Position numbers and translations under genes: made by a program
Notes under the pieces: model-generated
The model's database searches: none
What the model was told of the DNA's origin: nothing
What the model saw: the letters and a program-made list of their open reading frames with translations, nothing else
DNA from: Octopus vulgaris
Lineage: Eukaryota
Length of the DNA: 64,000 bases
Direction of reading: 5' to 3'
NCBI GenBank assembly: GCA_951406725.2
Contig: OX597818.1
Coordinates: forward strand, 22,320,001-22,384,000
In this document: piece by piece, positions 13,781-28,884 of the stretch
How the letters are laid out: each line of letters begins with the position of its first letter
Numbering within the stretch: position 1 is the first letter of the stretch

Positions 13781-15819
13781 TCTCTTAATTTTATTGTTTC
13801 CTTGATATGGATTAACTAAGGAAAGGATTCATGGTCTTTATTTTATCTGTATGGGATGTTTTTGTTTGTTTATTGTTGTTCTCTTTCACTGTGAATGGGG
13901 TAATGTATTTACAAAGTAGCTCAGTGGAGAAAGTATTGTACTACGAACTTACTGCTGTCATATTGAATTTCTGAATGAGGCCCTTGAATCTGGATCCCTC
14001 TGCCAAAATAGCTAACCTCTCAGAACAACTGGGTATATTCATACATACCTGGAGAAGGCAATGACAAACATATTAATTGTTTGTTTCTTTGTCTACAATA
14101 TTCTGTAAATCTGCATGTTCATCAGAAGTTGCTTTCAAATAAATGACATATTTATCTTAGGTTCTTGAGAAAGGCATAATTACATATTCTAACTTGTCCT
14201 GCCTGCCTCCTATAGTTCCAAAGAAAGTGCAGATGGCTAAGTCAATTCAAAATTATCAATCATGAGGGTTCCCAGTTTTTCTTGTCACCACTGTGTCTTT
14301 GATTTTTGATGTTCAACTTTTAAAAGACCTTGTCCACCAATGCAAAATAGTTCAGTAATGGCTGTAAAAGTGATGAATATTTTGTTAGCATGCAGTATCT
14401 GGATCAACAAGATCTCTGCTTATATCTCAAGTATTGGATATGTCTAGCTGATTTGCTGCCTAGATATATCACATATATCAGACAAAGATACACTACATGA
14501 AGAAGATCAGTTCATTAATGCTATTCTTATAATGGCCTAGCAACTTATGAGACTCACTGTAAATCCAAGAGTTCATGCCCACTTCAGTGTATCTATACAA
14601 AATCTTGTATATAATCAGCTGGAGTTGCCTTTCAACTTGCTGACTCATTTAACTTACATTTTGGTATAAGAAGGAAGTCACTGGGATTTAAAGATGGCAG
14701 TATTAAACCTTCTCCACTGTAGCAACTTTATATTAACTGCTTCTATCTGAACTTTACAACATTTTTTTCATTTATTCACCCAACTCTTCAAGCTGTGAGA
14801 TAAATAATTACATCAAGAAGTTTCATGTTACTAGCAGGCATCTGAAAAAAGTAATAAAATCAATATAATTTATCTCATGGTTGTTGTGAGAGGGCCTGTG
14901 GATAAGGTAGTGTTGGTAGTTAGCTCTCCTACCAAACTGAATGTGTAACTTGGGCTGGATTCCCAGATGCAGCTTTTTACTTCACTTACTTTGCTAATGC
15001 TGTTGGAAAAGGCATGCATATTACAACCTCCATTTCAATATCCCCTAAAGTCAAAAGAGCTGACTTATGATCAAAAAGTGTCTAGTAAATTCCAAGGGTC
15101 ATGCATGACTTATTTGATAGGACACTAGTCAATCGAATGGTAAGTGTTTTGTGTTCTCATGCTGACACTACATGCTGTGTTAGGGTGGTACATTTTATTA
15201 CAGTAAGCAGTGGAAGCATTGTAAAATTGTCAAGTGTTTTCTTTGGATTGTAATACTGAACTCTTGTGAGTGCAACCCAAATATGGAATTTTGTGCACTG
15301 GTTTCATCTATGAGTCAGCAGTGGCCAGGTTGCCATGCAGTGGTGGATATTTACATCATGAAAATTCAAACTATTGATGAATCATCTGAAAATTTATCAT
15401 TTTATTTTAGTGATCTTGTGTGTGTGTGTGTGTTTTTTTTTTGCTTTGATTTTTCCCTGTTTGATCATTGTGGTGGTGAGAGGATCAAGTGAAAAAGGTT
15501 TTGAACTAGATTCTCAAAGGCATCAATTCAAATCCACTGCACACACATTTCTTGCTTCTAGGCTGAGCAATTTGTTATATACATTGCTTGTGTTCACTTG
15601 TGTTTTTTGTAAATATGAACCAGCTTGTTATTGACTGTCCAAGAAGAGATTAATCTCTTACCCACTTAATACCGTGAAATATCAGCTAAGCACCAGTACT
15701 TCAAAAACCCTTACCACCACCATCACATACACCTCTAAAACTAGAGAGGAATTTACAGTTTTTTGACTATGGTAAGGTGATTATCATTGTTGTCACAGTG
15801 GTGTAAATGGTAAAGCCTA

Positions 15820-16035
15820 TTGTTACAATGGTGTTGGTGATGGCTGCTGTCACTGTAGCAATCATATTAATGGTGATGGTGGTGATAGTGGAGATGGTTG
15901 TTGTCTATGGTGGTTAGGGTGATGGCTCTTGTCACCATGGTGACATTGATGACAATGGTAATGGCTCTTGTCACAATATGCTGTCATTGATGTTAATGGT
16001 AATGGTAGATCTTGTCACAGTGATGATGGTGATAC
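15820..16035. repeat. Degenerate (GGT/GAT)-rich tandem repeat
   Basis: Recurring atggctcttgtcac / gtcac units with ggtgatggt runs. Confidence 0.6.
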
Positions 16036-17558
16036 CTTGGTTGAAGATTCTTCATAAGGGGTCTGATTTAGCTTAATGTCTTTTTGTGGTTCTTGATCAT
16101 GAGGATTCTGATTGTGTGTTAGATGGTGACCTTTACCATTTTCATTCCTCCTGGAGTGTTAATAAAATAAAATCACCATTAATAATATATATATATATAT
16201 ATATATATATTAATTCCTCTCTCTCTTTAATAAAATAGGAGATTAAATTCTATTTTAATTCCCTCTCACTGTTAACAAGAATCAAAAGAAACCATTGTGT
16301 GCCTCATTAAAAGAATTACTTGTATTCTGTTAAGGATGGTGGTGGTGGTGGTATTATTATTATAAAAGAATGAGGGTAGGGATGATGGTTGGAAGAGTTA
16401 CGGACTGGCCTTAAAATAACTTGTAAAATAAAACAAGATCTAATAGTTCACTGGATTAATTTGCTCTTAAAATATAAGCAAGGAAGATTTATGAGTGTCA
16501 CATTGATGCTGAAGTAAAAGAAAAATTACATTTAATAACAATTTCAGCCTTAATTAAAAGGTTAAAAAAATAAGTATCTGAGGTAACTTTTGATCATCTG
16601 CATCAGGTAAAAAACAATTTTGAAATTTGTAGAAAAAATAAAAATAAATTTGTGTGCTGTGAGAAAAGGTGAATTTTCTCTGACATTTTGGGTTGAGCTC
16701 TGAAATTTTAACAGATTTTTATCAATATTTCAGTGTACTACCCAAATCATCAGACCCCTCTCCCCATCCCTGCTCACAACACACCGGACCTTATCTTACA
16801 TATTGTATAAAGGAAAAAGTCCAAGGAAACTATTGTTGAAAAGAAGTGTTCTAGCATTTCACGGTTTGTAATGCCAGAATTAAACTCTCCTTATATTGCA
16901 CAAACTTACATGATTTTACAAATTTTACAATTAATGCTAATTAACAGCACCACTTCCTTTTTACTTTTCTATTCATTATTTCACTTTTGCATTGTTGTGT
17001 TTTTTGTTTTTTTTAATAAGTTGTTTCTGTACCTGGATGTCCTTCCAGTCACTAACTATTTAACTATAAAGGAGATATAGGACTGTTTTTTTAAAAAATA
17101 TTTTAAAGCATTCTACAGTAACCAGTGATATATTTCTCTCTGGAAACTCAACACAACAGTTGCTGTGAGATTTGAAATACAGCCACTTAATAGTCTTACA
17201 CTCTGTTTTGACCTCACAGTCAGCATAACAAATAGAATCAACAGATTTATTCAGTCTTTCTTGAGCATTGAGATGACTTTCCTCTTTCTTCTTTACTAAA
17301 GTTGTTATTATTGGAAAGCTGTGCTCAACCTCTAAAAGAGTGGTCATTTGACATTGAAGTAGCTATTTTAATGCTTCAATTTTCCCCTTTATACCCATCT
17401 AATCTTTGTTGTGGAACCTAAGATCTGTGACTTAAAATATATAGTCATCCATTTAGCTACTAAATTTAATGGGTGGTTATCATTTATTCCTGGGCCAATG
17501 CTGATCTATTGGACCTATAGCGCTTAAATAAGTTTAAGTAAATTGGTGTGAGCTGCTT

Positions 17559-17589
<31 letters not shown>

Positions 17590-17799
17590 TTACATATACA
17601 CACACCATACCTCCCCTTGGTGGAGAACCATAGTGTGTACTCAGACAGATCGTGGTTTATCATCTGGGGTACTGTGTGGTAGTCTGGACATCACATTTTC
17701 TCCATTGTCCACTGGTTTCTGTATACTTCTTATTGATATGAAGGTATTTATTTGTTTATCTCCAAGTTGGCCCTAATCCAACAGGCCTATGATTGAAGG

Positions 17800-18290
17800 C
17801 TTTCCATCCATAATCATTTTTGAGCAGTCATATAAAGGCCCCATTGTAGGTAGTTTAAACAACTAGGTCCACATGTCCATTGTCCCAGATATATCATGCC
17901 CCTACCTAGTGGAGAACCACACTGAGTTATGCAGTGGATTATTTCTCTATTGCCCAGTCTGTTCTTGTATGCCTGTAGGTTCTGGCGATAGACACAAGAG
18001 GTGGGCAAGGTGGACTTGGTCAGAGAACAGCTGTCACTGTTCCTCTGCATTTATCTCTGGTGGTGTGCATCTTAGCACAGTATTTGGAAATTAAAGAGGT
18101 TGTTGATGCTGCTGCTTTTTCTGTGTAATGTGCTTGATTGCACCCGTAGTCCTCCTTGTGAATGCAGAGGGTCAAACTTGATAGGGTATGTTTTGAGTGG
18201 TTGTTAGTTCATAACCTGTCGCAAGCACTGTTGTGATATACCCTTGGTCAAGACATCAGCTTTCACCAGCCCCGTCCACCTGGCTGCAGG
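17800..18290 (-). mobile_element. Possible decayed non-LTR retrotransposon 3' region
   Basis: Minus-strand translation ...STL...LQAYKNRL...C resembles the C-terminal Cys-His region of LINE ORF2 proteins; heavily degraded. Confidence 0.3.
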
Positions 18291-18994
18291 TAGGTGTGTT
18301 GACAATGAAAACTAAAATTCATTACTGTAAGAAGCAGAAGCTTCAATAAAAACTGATGAGTGATTTGTTAGCTTGTAGTGCCAAGTTCGGTTCTACCCAC
18401 AGGAATAGTTGCCTGCGATAGACTGGCATCCCATTCAGGAGGTGATTGTGTCTCTTCTCATGATAACCTTTCCTTTTTGTAGAGGAAAAGTAATGCATCT
18501 CTCTTTCCCCACTCCTCACTAAATCCTCAAGTTAGTAGAAAGAATGAATGGCCTGTGTGTGTGTGTGTGTGGATGCACATTTAATGTATATAGCTATACA
18601 TGCACACTTTGTCTTTAATGCCATCAACTTCACTCATATTTACCTACCATGATTCAGACCTCAAAAGGGGCTGCCTTCCATATACAGAGAGGATATAAAT
18701 GAATAAATAAGGAGCACTAGTTGTTAACTGTTTAAAATTTTTAATATTCAAAAATTTTGAACAATGATTCACAGCTTAACCATACAGCTATTATTATACC
18801 TTGCATATAAGGCACAATGAATAAAGTTTGAATCTTAAGACAACCAGTGTTGTTCCTCTGAGCAAGGTATCTGTAAGCAGTACTTTTGTGGAGAAAACCT
18901 CCACACTTTGTATCCAACTCCCCATTGCACATACTGAATAAACCTCTTTCTGCTCCACCAGGTTCACCACAGCACATACATAGGAAGTGCAAAA

Positions 18995-20370
18995 GCTTCT
19001 CTGTATATTAAAGCCAACATAAGTACTGATAATATTCCTTCCATTACCTTCAAACAATATGCATCAGAGCTATCCTTGCCCTCACCAAACAGTTCACCTC
19101 TTTCTCTCTATTGAGATATATCCTGCTCTTTGGAAACACTACAGTGTAACCCTTTCTCATGAAGAGCAACACTTCTGAGACCATGCCAGTTAATCATCTT
19201 ATTGCATTTATTTCCAACATCTAAAAGGTCATGGAAATAACCACTTATGTTTCCCTTTTGCATCTTCTCTATTTCTTTCCCTCTTTACTGACCAAATGAC
19301 GCGTAGCATAGCTTCAATGAATCCAGATCTATTGGAAATTGTTCTGTTTGGTTATTCACTAGTGGATTCTTGCTCTCAAGAAATTTGGTAAAAACAGGTG
19401 TCATTGCCCTTGATATCAGCAAGGCTTTCAACTGTGGCATGTAGATCTCCAGGTAAAAACTGGATTGGTTGCTTCTTGTTGGATTTGACATCATGCAGTG
19501 TACCGATGAAGCTCTCTTGCCTTAATTCTTATGTGACCCAGGGCTTGGTTCTGCCTGCCCTTTCCTCCTGTATATCAATTACCTACTTCCAATAACATCC
19601 TCTCTTATGCAGATGGTACCATCCTTCAATCCCTGCCTAACCTTCCACATCTAAGTATCATCCACATGTTACATAGTCACCTCAAGCCAAATTTGCATTG
19701 AATCCATGAATAGAAATGCTGAAAATATTCATAATGGTGTCATGTCAATCTTGTCTGCTTTAATAGCACAAGAGCTCATTAACTACACATATCTAGAAAA
19801 TAGTATTGTATGTCTCTTCCTCTAAGCATTGACAGTATACTGCTAAAACCCCAAAATGCGAGGCCTCCTGGTAAATGCACATTCTCAACAGAATTAAAAC
19901 TGCATCACAAATACTGGTCTTCAACTTCAGGGCCAGAAAATATCTTAACTCTCAACCTTATTAACTTGCACAATGGAGGACACATTTGGGACTCTGCTGC
20001 TGCTACATGCACAGACATCCTAGATCACATCCAAATGATGGCCATCACACTGGTTGGTAGGCAGTTATTCAATGGCACACTCCAGCATCTGGTTCACAGA
20101 TGTACTGTCACCTTTTTTTTTTTTTTTGTACAAGTGTGACCTCTGTTTCTTGGAGCTGGTTGGTTTCATGCTACCTCCACTGAGGTACTCCCAACTTGTT
20201 GTTTTTCCTCTTTCTGTCGTATACCTTCTCCTTCAGGCTCTGCATAAATTATGCTACTATGCCCAGTATTTCCTTCCCAGAATGTTTCTCACCCCCCCCC
20301 ATCGAGATTCTCATATTTTTTTAAAGTTGCTCAAGAGGAGTGTTAACAGCATTAATCTAACTAGTTATAG
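18995..20370 (+). mobile_element. Decayed non-LTR retrotransposon (LINE) reverse transcriptase and 3' part
   Basis: Fragmentary RT motifs: VIALDISKAF (19398), V-QG-VL-P-LF-LYIN (about 19530-19580), SYADGT (YADD-like, about 19605), HIWDSAA; many stops and frameshifts. Confidence 0.75.
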
Positions 20371-20880
20371 AGTCCCCATGCAGGCCATAAGCACTTCCTC
20401 TATACCTTACCCTTATAAAATAAAAACCCTTTTAGATCTGATTTTTATTGCTCCAGTTGGCTTGAAAACAGGCTCCACTCCCCGATTCACAGTTCAGTAG
20501 TTATCAGTAGGTTAATAGTTATTGTAAGCCATCCCACCCATGAAAACGGAAATATATACAATATAGTGAGAAATAAATGGCTAATTATGAAAAAATGCCT
20601 GGTCATTGGAGAGTACAATTTGTAGTTGTAGCACACTCCAGCTTTCAGTCCCCTGCAGCAACAACATATTTTGTTTCTAACTGAAGATCTCATTACCATT
20701 GAGTTGCCTTGTACCACAGCTGTGTCTGCTAACTGCAAACTTAGTGGTCAGATGGTGTATCTACAGTTTACTGTTGCTGGTAGCCTTGTGTAATGGATAC
20801 TATGACTGCTGCTTAAAAATTCTGTCTGGAAACCTTGTCAGTTAACCCTTCCACAGGCCATAACTGCAGGCATCACTGTA

Positions 20881-20927
20881 ACTACTACTACTACTACCAC
20901 TACCACCACCACCACCACCACCACCAT

Positions 20928-20963
<36 letters not shown>

Positions 20964-20970
20964 ATCACCA
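20881..20970. repeat. (CTA)n/(CCA)n compound trinucleotide microsatellite
   Basis: Directly visible. Confidence 0.9.
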
Positions 20971-22898
20971 CCTATTCTCTCGGTAAACCCTGTTGTTACT
21001 TGACTCTTTCATAGGCTCTCACATTATGTAATTACTATTACAAGAAACATGGTCATGAAAACTGAATTGTGTGACTTGGATGCAACAGGCATAAAATACG
21101 AGCAACCATACAGAAGACACTTGCCCTTTCACTGGCTTCCAGTAGATTAAAAAAAAAGAAGTTTTTGTTATTAGTTTATTGTTGAACTCTTGCTCCTTGT
21201 ACACTTATATGTTGTGGGTCAACTATAATTGTTCCTATTACAATGGAAACCAATTTGTTTGTGGTTTCTTCTAATACCCATTTCTGAATGTTGTAGTGAA
21301 GTTGCTGAGTGAAATGTGGGTTTTACCATTAATCAAGGTGATCAAGCAGCAGCCAAACAAAATTCTTCTCTAGTTTGAGAGATTTTAAGTTTAGCAACCC
21401 AGGAAGCATGGATTAATAAAGACGACTTTATCCCCACAATACAAGTTGAAACCACTTTTCCACCTTAATCCTTCTGATACAACCAACCTAAGGCCACCTT
21501 ACATTCTTTAATGATGATGATGATGATGATTTCTCCTAAATGTACTACAAGATTGTAAGTTGTGGGAGTAAGGGTATGGGTGGGTGGGCCACTTAAATTA
21601 TGATGTAGTATATGATTAGTCTTTCTTCAATCAGAGAGAGCTGAAAGGCAAAGCCAAACCTGGTATGATTTGAGATCAGAGTGAAGAAGACAAAACTATA
21701 TTCTGTAAAATATTTAGTCTGATGCCTCAATATTTCTTGCAAACTGGATATTCCCATAGATAATAATGATTATTTTACATTGTCACAAGGTCACATATTA
21801 ATTGAGGCAGTGTAAGGTGATTTTTTTTTCAGCCCAAGTTGGTACATACTGGGTATATTTTATCCATTTGGTCAGATTGTATAAGTCCCATGTCTGTATT
21901 TACTTCTGTCTATGATTTGATTTGAACTTAACACACAATGATAGAATTCGATATTGCTCTGTATCAAAATGATAAAAAAATAATTTTAAGAATTATTTCT
22001 AACATTGGCCCAGTTCCACAAAGTTTGGAAGAGGTGAAAGGCAAAGTTGACCTCAGTGGAGAAATTGAACTTAAAACAAAGAGATGTATCCAAATTCTGC
22101 AAGAAATTTCATTTCATTATTCTGCTGTTTCAGCTACCCACTATAATAATAATAATGATAATAATAATACTTTTTACTATAGGCACGAGGCTTGGAGTAA
22201 TAATAATATCTAACATATATACTGTCCCATAAGCTCAGAAGCTGAGAGCTGTGAAATTGTCTCCATTACTTGATCAGTGTCTTATATTATCAAGCTGCGG
22301 TAGATGGAAAAGCTAAGCACCAGCTGGCAAAATTTGAATTCAAAACAAAGAAATAACATAACCAAAATAAATAAATAAATAAATAAAAAATTTCAAAGTG
22401 GCTTGTAGACTTAGTCCATTGCCCATTTTAATATCATCACCTGGTCCCAGTGGAATCTCTTTCAAACTTTCAGGCCAAGTCTCCAGTCCAAGGATAATTC
22501 TTCCCCTCTTTTGCCTCATTAATATTAGAGGCCCTGCAAAAAAAAAAAAAAATGTGTATGGGGGTGGTTATAGTTGTTGCCCTTCCTCCCATGGCTAAGC
22601 CATAGAAAATTATAAAAAAGACATTTTGACCAGCATTTTAGCAATTCTACCATCCACCACCATTAGTGATAATAATGATAATAAAAATAATTTCATTTTT
22701 TTCTCACATTTTTGCATTGTCTACCTCAGTATGTATAATGAAGTACTTGCATCATTCCAAGCTGGATGTGGTCTTTACATATCTCATTCCATGTTCCATT
22801 AAGTTTCTCCTTTCTTTTTCTTTATCTTTGTTACATTGTTTGATTTTATCCTACTGCTAAGATTTATAAGTGGCTATGCCTTAGATATGTGTCTATGT

Positions 22899-22938
<40 letters not shown>

Positions 22939-24152
22939 GTGTATGTGTATTACTTTGTGTGTGTGTATGTGTCAGTGTATGTTCCTTTATATACATACAC
23001 CTACTCACACAGAACATCATTATATAATATAGACATACGTCTGTGTATATACATACACATATGCTTAGTGCCTGTTGTTACTGATGTCTATGAAGTTGAG
23101 GGGACAAGACCATTGTATGGACATTGGCTCTATAGGAGACCAAATGTCAGCCAGCATGTGCAAACTGATTTGCTGGATTCTGGCTGCACTGCACCTGAAT
23201 TGATAGTGTCATGAATAAAAGCATGCAAAAATGGTAAAATGGTACAGTGTTGCTCCAATCCCTAACAAAATACAGGAAGCCCATCTGTGCTGGCACAACC
23301 TCATACTGGCCCAGTACATAGATGTTGCTGGTGTGAATCTTTTAAGACCCTATAGATTGTATAAAATAGTGGAAGAAATGTAAACAGGCAGAATAAATGC
23401 CAGGACAGGTAAAAAAAATTACTTGCATACTATGGTTTCCAGGTATTTGGACACAGTTATCTTCAGCAGATTTTTGTATGTTTTTTCAACTACTGCAAAA
23501 TTCTGCTGAAGATTGGAGTGCCTAAATACCTGAACCTTATCATGAAATCATAGTATGGAAATAACTACAGACACGATACGCACATACATTCACATTCTAT
23601 GTTCTGAGTATTCAGTACTTTAATATTTTATTACACACACATACCCACTTATTCCTAACCTGCTTTTTAGACCATATATATATATTTTTGTTGTGGTGTG
23701 TTGTGTGTGCATGAGTGCATATGTACTCATATAACTGAAGTTTATTGACACATAGCAGATACAGACACCCAGATATTAATCTATACTTGTCAATATATAT
23801 ATATATAGTCTGTGTTATATACCAAAGGCCATGGGTTTTGAATATCTTAAAAAAAAAGATTGTGTGTGTGTTTGTGTAGGGCTATGTATAAGAAAAAATG
23901 GATGCACATGCACATAGGGAAATGCACTCACACACTCATGCCAAATGTATTTATATGTATATATCTGGGTGACTGCTTTTGTAAAATAAAAGTTCATTTA
24001 TAAAAGTGTATGTGTGTGTGTGCATACAAGCAAAAGGCTGACCTTTTCCTTTTAAAAGTTTAATAAACATGTACTTACTTTCAAGTATTGAGTACTCCTT
24101 CAGTTTAATATTAAATTGTTTTTATATATGATATAAAAACAAACAAGTTTTA

Positions 24153-24203
<51 letters not shown>

Positions 24204-27200
24204 GTTTAGTGTTTACTGTCAGAAGAAAGAGTACTTGATACTAAACTAGAAATTAATATTTTTTATTTTGGTTGAATCAGTTTCTTGCTACTCTGAGTTT
24301 CACCTGTGGATACACAGGGTCTTCAGGCAACGCACACACATACACACACACACACATGTGTGTGTGTCAAAAATTAAAAGGCAACTGTTCACTTTATTTT
24401 CTGTCTTCATTTAAACCATATCAGTATGTTTATGTGCCTGTATATTATACAGCAGGTTTTTATAAATAAAAGCTTGCTTTTGTTTTTGTATGTTTTTTCC
24501 TGATCCTTTCCCCCCTTTATTCTTCCCTGCCTTCCTCTACACTAAATTCAAATTGTATTATAATTAACCTCTTTTTTCTTAATTATTTATTTGTACATTT
24601 AAAACAAGAAAAAAAAAAATGAAGAGAAACAACAGAAGTAAACAAATAAATAAATACAGTAAAAAATTAATAAATAAAACAGTTTTTTTTTATTGAATCA
24701 TTGCATCAATATTGCATCAGAATGAGAATTAATTTTGAAGTGTATTATATCACATATGCAACACAGGCATTTATCATATGTAATATGGATATTAGTTATG
24801 TTAACTGAGATATTGACAGTGTTGCTATGCAATATTTACCATGTTGCCATATGTTACAGATTTATGTTAATTGTGTAATCTTCATTTCAAATATGGACAG
24901 AGGACCATTAATGTGTGTGGGGGTGGGAGATAACCATTTATACAAGCACCTAATACTTCACTGGTACCTATTTTGTCACTCTTCAAGAAAGATGAGAATA
25001 AAATTGAACCTTATTGGGACGTTGATTCAAAATGTAAACGGTTTTAATTAAATATTGCATACTCTAATTATTCTGTCCAACAGCTGCCTTAATGTTTAGT
25101 GATACTGACTCTGCTGTATGTAAAATTGAATTCTTACATTGGCACAGTTCCAAGGTCATAGATTTGAGAGGGAGAGGTGTTGTTATAGGCATATTGCCTT
25201 GACTGGAAACAAGAAAGGTGAAGTTGTCCAAGGCAGGGTGTGCCTTGAAATGTAAAGGGACACTCTGCAATGCATTTTGTTCAGTAGTTGACTTTTCCTA
25301 TCAATCGCTGCTCAAATGATTATATAATACTGACTTTACCTTTTTGTGATCATATTTGAACCAAAATATTCAGTGTTTTTCTATTAATTTTCAAAATAAC
25401 AAGAATCTAAAGTGAGAATTCATAAAATAGCTAACATTTAAAAAAAATTATTGGTCAGAACACAAAACATTTTTGTGTAATATGCTCTCACAGAATTTTG
25501 TCATGGTAGCAAATTGGATTTCAGAGTGGAGAGTGAAAGACGTGTTTAAGGTTGCTATAAACCTCCATCATCCAGTGTCCATGGAAAATACTTGACTTGG
25601 AACAGTGAGACAGTTCATAGATTCATTTGTGTAGAAGTCTATAGGCACTAAGAATTTTCTTAGGAAGAAAAAATGTTAAAGACTTTCAAACCATTACCAT
25701 CTTTTCTTTCTAAGATGTACAGTGAGATTTGATTGCTAACTCAAGTAGGTCGAGAGATCATGTTAGACGTTCCCTCTTGACTTTACACTGTTGAAACTGG
25801 TAGTGAAAACGAACAATTATTTCAGAATTTCGGTAAATAAAATGAAAAAAAAATCAAGAGGAGATAACTTTACTGTTATTGCAAGAGTTTCTATTTTCTA
25901 TTTCAATGCATGTAGGATAACGAACAAACAGAAAAGTTGGGGAGAAAAGAGAAGTTGGTTAAAATAGGAAAATTTGTAATGAAACTATAATTCACTAGTT
26001 AACAATTGGTAAATGTTACTATCAGCGATCTACAAGTGGAATTTCAATATTTGTGAATAAACAATTTGGAGAATTTATAGGCATCCTTGAAAATTAAGAT
26101 GGCTTGGCTTCCTTTACAGTTTTGTATGTTGGCAAACTTTTTACAACGAGCGGGGAGATCATGGGTTCAACTTTGCATTTCATCCTTTCAGGTTCAATGA
26201 AATGAATACCTGCTATATACTGATGTCAATTGCACCACTCATATCATATGTTATTTTGTTAATGATTTAAATTATTAACAAAATTTAATTGCTGCACATT
26301 GAATTCGTTGTTGCCGCATTTTTGTCAATATCAGTTAATTCTTTCCAAAGTCCTCAGTTAATGTCAACAGATCCCGTAGTATTATAAAGTTACGTATATC
26401 TAAAGAGTCTGTGACACGTATTAGCTGATTCAGTTGACGGAATTTTTGTACAGTCTTCCGATCTGCTAGAAATAGCAATCACCTCTTTTAGATCCTACCC
26501 TAATATCTTAAAAAAGAAGGACATGTTGAATAATGTCGTCCATAACACATTGTTTAAACAACGGCTGGAAGTTTTTTTCTTTTTGTATTGGCCCGAAAGG
26601 AGAACCAGCAACGATTTTGCTGTCAAGAGTTACCTCCCTTAAACACGTTTACCAGGCTGTTGCAATATAGTTTCGCCAATAATTCTTTTAAGCACGTCTT
26701 ACTGCTGACACTCGAGTTGGCTTTAATTGAACGGACTTATAACCAAATGTGTTCCAGCGATACCCATATCGTTTCATTATCCAATGAAATGCAAGTGTGA
26801 TTGAAAGATTTGGCTGCTATTTCTACTTGATCAAATGACCACGTCGGTACTTGAAAGGTTAATAGAAACTAGTTCTCAGTTTATTTCTTGTGTTTATTTA
26901 AAACGTATCAGCTTCCTATTCCCATCAAACACGTTTATGTGATCAGTGCCATTGGATCACGTGCAATACAGATTTTGGGCGTTGCATACTACGTCTCGTA
27001 AAAATATGACAATGAAATTGAGGATAGAGAGCGAAAGAGTATCGTTATAATTAAGGCCAGTGCATGTATTTAGTTGATACAACTGTTAATGTAATTCTAT
27101 GTATCTTCAGTCCACTACTGTCATAATCTTTGTAGTTTAACATTTACAACCTTAATCAGACGGTTTTTCACAACAGTTTCTTTTTCAAACATGGTGACAG

Positions 27201-27540
27201 GAATTTAGAGAAGGGAGATAATTCCAGGTGTTTAATGTGAATGCTTTGTGAAATAAATGAAAGATCACTTTAAACATCAAAAATATCTTTTAGAGAGAAA
27301 AAAAAAATATCCATAGAATACAAATAAAAACTTAATTTAATTGTGTGTGCATATTAACATATGCATCCAGTATTTTGCATGAAAATGTACTTTTTAAGTC
27401 GATGTTTATCTATTACGTTGAATCTAAGACGAATTAGAAAGGAAGTTTTATTGTTTTTTTTTTGTTTTTAAAATGTTTTCATGGCTACTAATTGTTGAAA
27501 AATTCATTTATTGGAACTATGAAAAACATTGACTGAATCT

Positions 27541-27561
27541 GTGACTCATAATTTGAGTCAC
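27541..27561. promoter_or_regulatory. Palindromic pair of AP-1 consensus sites (gTGACTCA-taatt-TGAGTCAc)
   Basis: Two perfect TGA(C/G)TCA heptamers forming an 8-bp-arm inverted repeat, 1.7 kb upstream of the second zinc-finger ORF. Confidence 0.4.
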
Positions 27562-28860
27562 GGACAGCTCAGGAAACGTTATTGTCCTGTTGCGTTAAGT
27601 GATATTGGGATTAGGGACCATCAACCTCTAAGTTAAACCAGTGGGAGAAGAGTTGAGGTCAGTACTACCAGCTGATAGAATACTCATTTGAACTTAAGTA
27701 GTTAACTGACCTATCTTGTGATAACTATGTGGACTGAGGCTGTTTGGTTAAATTAGTTGACTTGAACATCAATCGTTAATAACAATATTAACTACTGACC
27801 CTCCTGTTGATAACTCGGCATTTTGTTCAAATTATGCACACACAGACACGCCCGTGTGTGTTAGTAAATTGATGAAGACTCTCCCCCCTATAAATAGTTC
27901 GATCCAATGCAGATCCTATTTCATCCTTAGCTTCTGAGTAGAATTTTCAAATATGGTATATGAAAGGAAGTTCAATAAAATTACTTGAAAGTTTATATTT
28001 GTACATCAATTATTGAGTTATCTCAGCTTGGACATGTAATTTATGGGACTTTTGTTGATGCAGTTGTTTTTATAGCTAGATAAAATGCTCTTCTCGATAT
28101 TATTAATTGAATCTTAATCATAAATTATGAACAAATTTAATCTGTGGTTATACCACGAGAGTAAGCTGGGTTACGCCCCTTGTCGGATAATGGAGATGAC
28201 GTGCTGAACTCGACGACGGATGTATTGGGAAGTTTTAAACACTTGATTCTGCCTTTTGACCAGTAATTTAGTTAGTGTTAACACATTCAATGGATGGGGC
28301 ATTAAAATGAAACAAGAAACAATTATCTGATGGGCAGTGGGTGGGGAGACAAACAAACGAAGAGATCAAAAGTTAATGGTATGGCTGATGACTGGACATA
28401 TTTTCGTATCATTTCTGACCTTAGGTAAATGCTATGAGGAAGATTTTTTGCTGATAAGGTTACGTTAAAAGGGAAACGTATGGGGATGCCTGCCGTACCT
28501 GTACGAAAACAATATTAGTCATTGAAAATATTTTTTCATCACCACATATTTATTATTTCTAGTTAACTTTTTAGTGCTCTTAGCACTAAATATGTTAAGA
28601 CGAATTTAACCAGAGTTTTTCACGTGGCATCTGTAAATGATATAGTCCAGTATCTTAGTATACCAGCGTGTCTGTTTCTGTTCATTAATTAAAATAAAGT
28701 GGTAGCCGGCCTTCATAGTTTTATGGTTTGCATCCTGTTATTTTAAAATAAATGTTTCTTTTTATTTATTTTAGTTGCAATTTTTTTTATTTTATGTATA
28801 TATATACTTTCCTCCTCCACATCCACAGTAAGTAAACTGTTTTTCCTCTCAGACAGAAAT

Positions 28861-28884
28861 CTTTCCCATCTTTGTATTTCACAG
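28861..28884 (+). promoter_or_regulatory. Candidate splice acceptor upstream of the second zinc-finger coding exon
   Basis: ctttcccatctttgtatttcacAG|Gt is a strong polypyrimidine tract plus CAG/G. Confidence 0.45.
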
